Shown here: in pieces, positions 53,895 through 64,000 of the stretch
How positions within the stretch are numbered: position 1 is the stretch's first letter
Layout: the number at the start of each line of letters is the position of its first letter
From: Octopus bimaculoides
Lineage: Eukaryota
NCBI RefSeq assembly: GCF_001194135.2
Contig: NC_068987.1
Span: forward strand, 65,033,255-65,097,254
Direction: 5' to 3'
Length of the DNA stretch: 64,000 nucleotides
Notes under the pieces: model-generated
Database searches by the model: none
The model's input: only the letters and a program-made list of their open reading frames with translations
Told to the model about the DNA's origin: nothing
Translations under genes and position numbers: made by a program

Positions 53895-54098
53895 TGAGGA
53901 GGTGCTGAAAAATTCCTAAGTTTAAAGGTACTGTGAAAGGCTTGTTGGAGGCCTACCTTCTGAGTTCTTTTACAGGGCTTAGAAAGACTGAAGGACTGCT
54001 GCAATGAGTGTGTGAATCTGAGAAGGGAACATGTTGAAGAAAATAATGATTATTGTATTTTCTTTAACCAAAGGCAGGAACTTTTCAGCACCCCTTCA
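53895..54098 (+). mobile_element. mariner-derived MITE, 204 bp
   Basis: TIRs TGAGGAGGTGCTGAAAAATTCCT and TGAAGGGGTGCTGAAAAGTTCCT (reverse complement), TA TSD. Interior reads QGLERLKDCCNECVNLRREHVE, a mariner transposase C-terminus. Confidence 0.85.
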
Positions 54099-55004
54099 TA
54101 TTTAGTCTCCCAATAAAAATAGGTTCCATGGTTAAACCTCAAAGTTTTTATCTGGTTGAAAAGATAATCATACTGGTGAGTTTCATCTTTCTTAAGATTC
54201 ACCAGAAATTGCATATCTCTTTCTTCCAAACTGCTAAGAGAAAGTAGATTAGAACTACTTGTTAAAATATTGTGAAGATTAGGAATGCAATTGTTCATTT
54301 ACATAATGATATAAAGATGCAAATTCTCACTCATCAGTATATAATAAAATCTAACCCAGCAGTGTTTTCACTCCTCCTTCCTCTCTCTCATTATTTCCTC
54401 TGCTCTTCTGAACTAGTAAGTTGTGTGACACATCTTCACAGACCTATCTTCATTCCAAATTAATTACTTTCTCATGGACCTTCTTTTAATTACAGTTAGC
54501 TCTCTTGGAGAATAAAAGTTTATTTCTGTTGAAGATGTAATTGATTGATGTGACTACTCCATTTTATTTTTAGACTATCCAGAGTTGTGTTATTCAATGT
54601 GTGATGTATTTTTGTTAATCTGGCAGAATGTGATTTGAGGGTGATTTAGCTGCTAATTCTAACAGGTCAAGCAACCACGGGGAACTCCTCTCATTGGTTC
54701 ATGGAAGGAAGAGATGGCTAGGCTTAATCTTAATTTGTTCTTGAATTATAAGTGCGTTACATTTCTATTAGTAAGTTTTAATGAACAATTTCTTCTGAAC
54801 AAATGCTTAAAAGTTTGTACATGGTATGGCTGTGCGGTAAGAAGCTTCTTTCCCAACCACATGGTTCCAGGTTCAATCCCACTGCATGGCACCTTGGGGA
54901 AGTGTTTTCTACTGTAGACTTGGGCTGACCAAAGCCTTGTGAGTGGATTTGGTAGCTGGAAACTGAAAGAAGTCTGTTGTATGTATGTGTGTGTGTGTGC
55001 CACA

Positions 55005-55720
55005 TGTCCATATCAGCACAATCGTCTCTCTTGCACACCACAACTGATGCTTCTTACGTCTAACATTTCTGTCAAGGTACTTACACTCTGTCGAGTATGC
55101 ACACTGACATTACACATCCATCGAAGCATACTGGCTTCGTTTCTTGCAAGCTTACGCATGTCATCAGCAGTCACGGCCCATGTTTCACTGCCATGAAGCA
55201 TGGCGGTTCGTACACATGCGTCATACAGTCTGCCTTTTACTCTGAGTGAGAAGCCATTTGTCAACAGCAGAAGTAAGAGCTCTCTAAACTTTTTCCAGGC
55301 TATTCTTATTCTAGCAGCTACACTTTCAGCGCACCCTCCCCCGCTACAAACTCGGTCACCTAGATAGCGGAAGCTATCAACTACTTCTAGTTTTTCTCCC
55401 TGGAGTGTGGCAAAGGTTGTTTTCTGCACATTTTCAGTGTTTATTGCTCCTGAGCATCTGCCACATACAAAAACTATCTTGCTAGTTAGCCTTCCTTTGA
55501 TATTGCTGCACCTCTTATGTGTCCATAGCTTACACTGGGTACATCTTATGGAGTTTCGACCTACGCCTTTTCTACAGATCGAGCAGGCCCATCTACCTGA
55601 AGGGGTTTGTGTTTTGTCTACCTTCCTACTTATTAGGACTTTGGTTTTAGCGAAGTTGACTCTAAGGCCATTCAATTCTAGTCCTTGCTTCCACACCTGA
55701 AACTTCTCTAGTTCTGATGG
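55005..55720 (-). mobile_element. RTEX-like LINE RT fragment with embedded PHD-type zinc finger
   Basis: 227-aa open frame: GLRVNFAKTKVL, C4HC3 finger, LEVVDSFRYLGD, RIRIAWKKFREL, KGRLYDACVRTAMLHGSETW. Same family as the 2.8-3.7 kb fragment. Confidence 0.9.
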
Positions 55721-56224
55721 CCAGGAACCTAAAACTTAGATCTTGCTTGAACTTATGAAAACTGCTTATTTTATCTATTTGATTATTCTCATTAACTTGC
55801 TGTTTTAGAGCTAACTTCAGTGTTACTTCCTGTGTCTATATTAATGTTACTGAAAATTTTCTTGACTATTGAACTATTCTTCAATGTGCATTTTTTTTAA
55901 TGTTCTGTATATTATATTTCAGCTGAAATACTAGTTCTGTGCTTTGGTGTTTATGAGAAAATTTCTTAGATATGTTTAAATTGTGGCATTTTTTAAAAAC
56001 ACCTACTTACATATAGAATGAGGAAGGTTAATTAATTTTCTTATTGGTTGTATGGTTTATTGTTGGTAAGTATGTGAGTAGAGAAATAACTTAAATATAT
56101 AGGCACAGGTGTGGCTGTGTGGTAAGAAGTTTACTTTGCACTGTGCAGGTACTTTCCTATTATAGCCTTGGGCTGACCATAGTTTTGTAAGTGAATTTAG
56201 CAGACAGAAACTGAAAGAAAACTG

Positions 56225-56263
<39 letters not shown>

Positions 56264-56282
56264 CATACATACATTCATTCCC

Positions 56283-56629
56283 ATCAAAACTTCTGTCAAA
56301 TGTAAGCATATCAGGCCAGATATTGTTTGGGACACAGGGGCAAAGGTATGTACCATCATAGAAGTTAGGTGCCCTGCAGATATAAATATCTCTTTGAAAA
56401 TCAAAGAAAAACAGGATATCTATGGACAAGCTTCTATATCTAGACTTTGAATTCATATTCATATCAATAATGATTCAAGGAGCACTAGGTTTTGTTAGTA
56501 AATGCTTAAAGGAGAATCTGGATAAACTGGGATTCTTAGAAAAAGAAACTGACTGGCTGATTTGTACAAGTCCAATCTGTGAGTGGAACAGTAAAAATAT
56601 GCAAAACTTTTCTCAAGTTCCAAATGTGA
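56283..56629 (+). mobile_element. R4/Dong-like non-LTR retrotransposon, restriction-like endonuclease C-terminus (frameshifted)
   Basis: Pieced frames give IKTSVKCKHIRPDIVWDTGAKVCTIIEVRCPADINISLKIKEKQDIYGQ / LLYLDFEFIFISIMIQGALGFVSKCL / VQSVSGTVKICKTFLKFQM*, with the RPD...EVxCP and GALG motifs of RLE domains. Confidence 0.75.
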
Positions 56630-59600
56630 ATTTGTCAATGTTAACTACAAAGATGGAGCCTTGTATCTTTGTTGGAAACTGACTCCCTCCTCAGTGGAAG
56701 ATTTATAATAATTAAAAAATAAAGGAGACATACATACCTACCTACATATATGCATACCTACATATGTACCTACATATATTCATACATACATGGGTCATGG
56801 TCTAGTGGTTAGGGTGTTGCACTCATGATCGTGAGATTGTGGCTCAGTTCTCAGACTGAGTGGTACATTGTGTTCTTGAACAAAACACTTCATCCTATGT
56901 TGCTCTACAATCACTTCAAATCCTGATGCATGGTAACATTGATTTGAAAGAAGTAGTGAGCTGATGTAGACACATACGTTTTTTCATTATAAACAAATCA
57001 TTTGAGCAGGTCATTCAGCAAAAACTAAACACTCAGAGTTCATATGTATATATACATATATATATATATATTATTTCTCCTTTATTATTAATACGTGTCA
57101 CCTAATATGATTTTTTATGCAAAGATGAGTCCTTTATATACATCATCTTCTCTCTTTAACTCATTCTCATTCCTCTATTTTTTGCTATTTATTTATGTTG
57201 ATTATCTAGTATTAGCTTCTCATATACCACTTTCTCACGCTAAACTTCATTCTTCTGTATAGATTTTTAAAAAAATACATTATACTGTATACTAATTTCA
57301 ACGGTTAGTTTTAATTTTAATTTACATTTGATATTGTCTCCCCATTGAACATTTCTACTAATTACTTGCCCTACGCTACTTATATGGAGCTATAATTCTA
57401 ATTTCCATACTCATCTATAGAGGGAACATCTCCAATACCTCTTTACTTATATCTTCAATTAACCATTGAAACCATTAGTTATGGTTCAATATCCGACATG
57501 ACTCCTATCTCTTTTTCACACGGATGCCAGTATGACTCTCTTAGATCCAATTTTTTCTGCTCTATTCCTTTTTAAGTTCCTTGTTTTATGGTTTCATTCC
57601 TTCATGCACTGAAGAGTACATTGATATTTATTTAATTTAATTTGATCATGAATTTATATTATTATATCTCTGTATGAGACGATCGTCTGCAAGAATTAAA
57701 CTTTTTATATATTTTAACAACTTGTTTCCTCCATTTTTAACAAAACTGATGGGATTTATGGAACTTCATTCTATAAATACATCATACATTATATACAAGC
57801 ACTACTTTCATATCTTCACAAATTTATGCCTGTAAACTCCCAGCAAAGTATGAAGAATCAACATTAGATATCTTTTTGGGGAAACCTCCAATTCAAGGAC
57901 AAATCCACATTCAACCTTTATACACCTATATATATATATATATATATATGTATCATCACCATCATTGTTTAATGTCCATCTTCCATGCTGGCACCAAAGG
58001 TCTCGGTCACTTGTCATTACCTCTGTGAGGCCCAATGCTTGAATGGTGATTTTTGCATGTTGGTGGCATGTAAAAAGCACTGTTTGAGTGTTGGGCTTCA
58101 CAGAGTCAGTGATAGGTGACCGAGACCTTTGGCAATATACGATGCTTGAGAAGACTTGTCAAGCCAAGTGAAATCGTAGTCATGGCTGATGCCGGTGTCA
58201 CATCAATGGCACGTAAAAAGCTCCTACTACACTCTTGGAGTGGTTGGTGTTAGGAAGGGCATCCAGTCGGAGAAACTATGCCAAATTAGATTGGGACCTG
58301 GTGCAGCTCTCTGGCTTAGCAGTTTTCGTTCAAACCGTCCAGCCCATACCAGCTTAGAAAATGGACATTAAATGACAATGATGTGTGTGTGTCTTTGTGT
58401 TTGTCCCTCACCACTGCTTGACAACGAGTATTGCTTTGTTTACATCCTTGTAATTTACCAGTTTAAACAAGTCTGATAGAATAAGTGTCAGGCTTAAAAA
58501 TAGTACTGGGGTCAATTCGTTTGACTAAAACCCTTCAAGATGGTATCCCAGTATGGTCACAATCTAATCATTAAAACAAATAAAAGATAAAAGATATATT
58601 TGGCTACAAGTGAGTGGGCCATTATATTTGCTGGTGATATACGTGCTTCACTTGTGAAAATGTACTTTTGATAATGAGAATAATTACAGATAAACCAATA
58701 ATACATATGATGAACTTTTTTCACTTTCTGTCTACTACAGAGAAATCTGAATATGTATGTATGTATGATATATTATACATTCAAAATATATCTAGGTAGA
58801 TAATGTTTTTAGAATTTGGGTAATTGGTAAGAATAAAAATAATAAACAGAAGTAGCTACACTGATTTGGCAATCCTTATGTTTAGGATATTACTTTCCCT
58901 TTTGTCCTTCTACATTTAGTATCATTTTGTTTGGTGGCCAGTGAAAATTTTTTTATTCATTTCTGGATTAATGTGCTTGTCATATCTTTTTACTTGTTTC
59001 AGCTATTAGACTGCAGCCATGCTGGGGCATTGCTGTGAAGAATTTTTTAGCTGTTGAGTCAAGTGAAGTCATTGTCATGGCCGATGACAGTACTACCTGA
59101 TTGGTACCCATGCTGGTGGCATGTAAAAAGCACCATTCGAGCGTGGTAGATGCCAGTGCCACCTGACTGGCTCCATGTATTTATTTTGAGATGCTCTGTG
59201 TTTCTTTCAATTAATTTTAAATATAACAAAGAATTTGTAAAATAACTTAATTATCATTAAGTTAGGAACATAAATTGTGACTAAGGTTTGGTGGAAGATT
59301 TTAATTCAAAACTTATGAAAACAAGACATTTGTACTACAGAGCCAGAGGCAGTTTCAGCTGGGTTGGTAACAAAAGGGTTTAGAGGAATGTCACTTAATA
59401 CATCTAATTAGCTGTAACTAGGTTTGAACTTTCAGCCATCAATCTTCTGGGTTGTGTTTCTTTTTGGGTTCAATCCCAGCTAGGGCACATGTACACACAT
59501 ATGACAGCTGATGAATAACCAAAACCAAAGCATTTGAAGCAGTGTTAACAACCCCAAGGTGGGTAAAAAGCACTGAGTCCACTTTGCAGAGTGGTTGGTG

Positions 59601-60597
59601 TTAGGAAGGGCATCCAGCTGTAAAAACCCTGCCAAACAGACACAGTAGCCTAGGGTAGTTTTCTATCTGGCTGGCTCCTGTCAACCATCCTACCCATGGA
59701 TGCATGGAAGACGGACATTAAATGATGATGATATTCTTTAGGTTTTGTTCAGGAAATGAAAAAAAAATAAAGCAATACCAACCAACTGACCAACCAGCCA
59801 TTCTCTCGTCCATCCGCCCTTTCATGTCGCTGTCAGTCTGTTACTCTATTCATCCATCCATCTATTTGTCCAGCTGGTCAGTCAACTTACCAAAATAACA
59901 AGGAGATTTATAGTCGTTGCATACAACAGCTGCAGTGGGTGCAGGCAGCAGCTGAATGCTGAGGACTGAAAACAATAACACTATTAACAGCAATTAACAA
60001 ATATCAATTAATTAATGTAATTAATAAACGTCAACTGATGGACACATTGAAGTAGGACACAATGTAAATTACAGTGAATTCGATAAATAAAATTATGAGC
60101 ACATACTCCACATCCAACCAACACCACACACACACACACACACACACATGTATGCTCACGTTTGTGCATCCATGCAATATATAGAGAGAAAGAGTCTTGA
60201 TATTGATGTTGGGGTGGAAACTGTTAAACATCTTGGTGGACTTGTTGGTTTGAATTTTCCTGTAACACAACATCATTTACTTTGAATTTTTGTTTTACTT
60301 TTCTTTTCCTTTTTGTCTGTTCTATCTTACATTTTGTTTACTCTTTCTTTCCCTTCATTTTCTCTAGCTTTTTATTTAAAACTCTCTCTCCTCTACTCCT
60401 CCCTTATGTTTAGGCTTTAAATACTCCTGAAAAAGAAAAGAAATAAATAAAAAACTATTAAAAATGTTCTTGGCTTGGGTTTTCTTTTATTGAATTTCTG
60501 ACTCTAACCCTAACCATTTTTATTTTATTCTTATTATATCTTCAACCATCACCTAAATATGCTTTCTGTTTCTTTTTTTCCATTTCTTTCAATAAAG

Positions 60598-60663
60598 GGG
60601 CTAAAGTTGCTCAGTATGCAGGGAATAACTTGCACAAAAGAATAGTTTGCAGTGAATACTACA
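60598..60663 (+). CDS. ppm-2: PP2C phosphatase, third coding exon
   Basis: 66 nt: (G)GG GCT AAA GTT... = G-AKVAQYAGNNLHKRIVCSEYY+A. In frame with exon 2, matches the helix after DGHGG. Pyrimidine tract plus AAG acceptor and GTAAGT donor. Confidence 0.93.
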
Positions 60664-60690
60664 GTAAGTATCTATACTGGTATTCTTTTC

Positions 60691-60910
60691 TTAATCCTTT
60701 AACATTCACATTACTCTTTCAAATGTAATGTTTATTTATTCACATTGTTTTGAATTAATCATGCATTATCTTCAAGATTTCAATGATATGATTGCTTAAT
60801 TTTTTGAATGACATTATAGGATAGATGTGATTGGCCAGATCTGATTAGTTTGAACATAAAACATAGAATGTCTGGGCTGGGTATGACCGGCTTAAATGCT
60901 AAAGATTTAA
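60691..60910 (-). mobile_element. piggyBac-like MITE, same family as 12744
   Basis: TTAATCCTTTAACATTC...AATGCTAAAGATTTAA; interior is the reverse complement of 12750-12960. Starts 28 nt after PP2C exon 3. Confidence 0.65.
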
Positions 60911-60914
60911 AGTT

Positions 60915-61900
60915 AGGAGGGAAGGCAGCAGTTATATTCCTTAACAGAACCTCTGAAATAAGAAGTAAGGAGGGAAAGAAGGAAGAATATTTTCATAAAC
61001 TGGAAGTATGGCTCAAATGCTTCCAACAAAGTGGTCTCCACTAAAAGTGCCAAAGGTGCCAGGTGGTGGTGTTAAATCAGGTAATGGATTAACCACTCGA
61101 GACTAAGTCTACTCCAAAATTTAATTTACCACCTGACTTCTCCAAATTTAAATCTACCTTACCGTGATTGAATTTACTATCCAAGACTAAGTCTCCATTC
61201 AAGACATTATAAGAACCATTTTGAGACAGAAAGAGCCATAGCATCCAAACTACCTATCTATAGTTTGCTGGTGAATCTGTTATTGATTACACTACAGGTA
61301 CTCTGTAGTGTGAACTTGTTGCTCTTTCTTCTCTCTAAACTCCACATGCCCTAGTTCATGTAGTTGCTGAAGAATAATTATGAGATCTTCTGAGAATGTT
61401 TGCTATGATAAACTGGCATCCTCTCTGGAGGATGAAATCATCTTGTAGATACTATTATAGTGTTTATAAATAAGAACAATAATTTGAGATACAACTGCTG
61501 GTAGTGCTGTATGTCTGAAGCCAAAGTATTCAGCTCTCAACAGGTAAGTTTATGCACTTCTTCAGTGGATACCTTGGTGTACTAAATAGCTCACCACTGT
61601 AAGTAACTGTAACACTATAATTTGCTGTTTTGTGGCTCAGTTCTTTCTGCTGGTAAAGCTATCTCCAGTGGTTCAGTATCTTATCCAGAGTGTGGTTTAT
61701 CTCTCATCCACTTAAAGTTGCAGAAGTCAGAATAAAGATCAGTACTGCAGTTCTTGGTGATCCAGAATGTGTTAGCCTTATGAGATGCTATTTGTGGAGA
61801 CATTTACCATTATCATATATTTGTTTGTGTGTGTGGCTGTTATGGATGGTTAGTTCAAAAGGTTGAGTGGATAAGCTATGGGTATTGAGTTATATTTACA
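60915..61900 (-). mobile_element. Highly decayed CR1/Jockey-like RT remnant
   Basis: Scattered minus-strand peptide echoes (YFGFRH, LVETTLLEA resembling LVRPHLEYA) with many stops. Recognition is by eye only. Confidence 0.3.
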
Positions 61901-63064
61901 GCAGGCAGTTTGTGATCTCTGAATGGAACAGTTAATTCTACATACCTCAGTTCACTTCACTGCTAAAAAAAATATATAACAGATCTTCTGGGAAGCTTTC
62001 TGTAATGGTTGTGTGATTCTAGCTGGTAGAGGATTCATTTCATATTTACTTCATGCTGTCCAGTCTTTGATTAATTAAAGATCCAATCTTTAATTAATTA
62101 AGCCACTGATTGTATAGATTTCTGTTCTGTTGTAACATGGAGAACTAACAGTCATTAAAGCATTGGATAAAAGGCCTTCTGGTTTTTGTTCTGGCGAGTT
62201 CAAATCCTGTTGATATCAGAAGTCAATTTTGACATTCATCCTTCTGGGATCAATAAATAAAATATACTTTGAGAAGGGTTATGTGAAACTACTTACAGGA
62301 TTTCTTTCTCCAGGGATGAAGAGGGATTGAGCAAAAAGATGAATTTACATCTATTAGTAAAACTGATAAGCTGTTGAAACCATCCTTGGACAGATTGATG
62401 TTCAGTATCGCTTAGAATGGAAATAAGAAGAGCAAACTGAAAAAAACTAGTTTTTATGGATGGATGCTTTTCATAGCATTAATCGCATGCATAGAACCCT
62501 CCATCACACACACACAAACACACATTCACACACAGAGTAATGTCATGACCCTGTTTTTCAGCTTGGCAAGCTGAGTATAATATACTGCTTCTAGATCAAG
62601 GTTTAAAATCATAGCCTTAGGATTAGTAAGCCATTCATGTCTTTTGTGTTTCATTTGTGTTGATTTTGCTATCACCTTTTAATTTAAGGTGATATTAACA
62701 CTATTTATTAACTTGTTGTTATTTTTCTTGCTAAGATTTTAAATATACAAACAAGCACCTGTGTTTTGTAAATATATGTTTATTTACTTATTAATCAGGA
62801 GGAGGAGGGTGGAGTTAGTTTCTTTCAGTAAAGATATAATCACTACACATTTGAAGAAAACAACCTTGTTCCGCAACATGTACACACATGAATAACATAC
62901 AAACAAAACCATGAAATTGTATAAAGCAAAACCTCAATATCTGGTCAACTTTGACAGTAACTACGGATATATAAAATTGTTAGAACTTCATCAGAAAGAC
63001 GAGATTTCATCTTTATAGGCAGAAAATACACCAGCCCTGTGTTTATGTTGTTATAATTGTCCTT

Positions 63065-63860
63065 GTAGTGTGTGTGTGCGTGTGTGAGCAACCATATGTG
63101 TGAGTGTGAGTGTGTTGTATTGATCAGGGGTTCTGTGTGTGTCTGTGTGTGTTGGGTTTATCCGGGTGGTGTGTGTGTGTACGTTCTGTGCATGTTGGTA
63201 CTGAGTATGCATTTGTGTGTGTGTGTGTGTGTGTATATGTAGGTATGGTTTATGTAGCTTCTGGGTGTGTGTGTGTGTGTGCTGTAGTTGTGAGTGATTT
63301 GTTTTGTTTGTATTGTTAGTGCAGTGTGTGTATATGTGTGGGTGTGTTTGTGAGTGTGTCTATGTGTCTTGTATTTGTCAGGGAGGTGTGTGTGCATGCT
63401 TGTGTGTACATGTGTGTGTTCGTGAGTGCTTGTTGGGATTGTATGTATATGTACATGTGTTTTTTCTTTTGAGTGTGTGTGTACATGTGTGCATATATGC
63501 GTGTGTGTGTGGGGGCTTGTGTTGTATTTGGGTGTTTGTGTGTGTGTGTGGGGGGGGGTGTTGTATTTGGGTGTTTGTGTGTGTGTATCTGTATGTGTGG
63601 GTGTGTTTGTGTGAATGTGATTTGTAATTGTGAGAGTGGTGTGTCCATGTACGTGTTTGTGTAAGTGTTGGTTATGGTTGCTAGAATCGTATTGCAAGTG
63701 TATATATATATGTATGTATTTTTTCTTGGAATGTGTGGCTTTGTGCTCTAGTGTGGGGATATTTTGTTTGTGTATATGTATGTGTGTGTGTTTTGCACGG
63801 GAGGTTTTGCATTGTAGTTGCGAGTGTGTGATTTTGTACATCTGTATGTGTTTCTGTGTG
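63065..63860. repeat. TG-rich degenerate low-complexity tract
   Basis: Interrupted (TG)n with short internal repeats such as ttgtatttgggtgtttgtgtgtgtg twice. Source of several spurious H/T- and C/V-rich ORFs. Confidence 0.85.
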
Positions 63861-64000
63861 TTTCATATGTCCGAAGAGAAATGGTGGGTTAATAATTAAA
63901 AAAAATTAATGTTTGATCGGACCATTCTCTTCGGGCATATGAAGTTAAAATGTATTATGACACAATGTATAATATAAGGTATTTTACGATGCTATATATA

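Larger units (their letters stand above)
48579..60597 (+). other. U2-type GT-AG intron, 12,019 nt
   Basis: GTAAGT donor and pyrimidine tract with AAG acceptor; joins the DGHG|G codon in frame. Confidence 0.88.

Noticed and set aside
61480-61550. CAG|GTAAGT as the end of PP2C exon 4 or a recursive splice site
   Set aside because: Upstream frames contain stops and no PP2C motif, the pyrimidine tract is weak, and it lies in a decayed LINE-like segment. No exon 4 was found before 64000.
63158-63841. 227-aa His/Thr-rich ORF and overlapping Cys/Val-rich ORFs
   Set aside because: Translations of degenerate (CA)n/(TG)n.
63862-63950. CCGAAGA...GAAA as another hammerhead
   Set aside because: The core-like bases are paired within a long hairpin, and the three-stem topology cannot be drawn.

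Overview
AT-rich, microsatellite-dense animal genomic DNA with four N-gaps. The repeat families look like those of an octopus (coleoid cephalopod) genome; this is inferred from repeat style, not a database match. One host gene is supported on the + strand: the 5' part of a PP2C/PPM protein phosphatase similar to C. elegans ppm-2 (T23F11.1) and yeast Ptc2/3. Its three coding exons (39367-39469, 48495-48578, 60598-60663) splice in frame to MGHTLSEPVTSKTTSSCENHYVKVGSSCMQGWRINMEDAHTHLLSLPSDRECCYFGVFDGHGGAKVAQYAGNNLHKRIVCSEYY, and the gene runs past the window end. The first coding intron (9,025 nt) has textbook U12 (minor spliceosome) signals. The rest is a mosaic of tRNA-derived SINEs, RTE/RTEX, R4/Dong and CR1-like LINE remnants, several MITEs and a foldback mariner derivative. 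The most unusual item is a non-autonomous family combining a tRNA-like Pol III head with a Penelope-type minimal hammerhead ribozyme, present once as a ~510-bp head-to-head palindrome inside the U12 intron. SINE family labels A-D are my own. Exon, TIR, TSD and hairpin coordinates were counted base by base; boundaries of decayed repeats are approximate.
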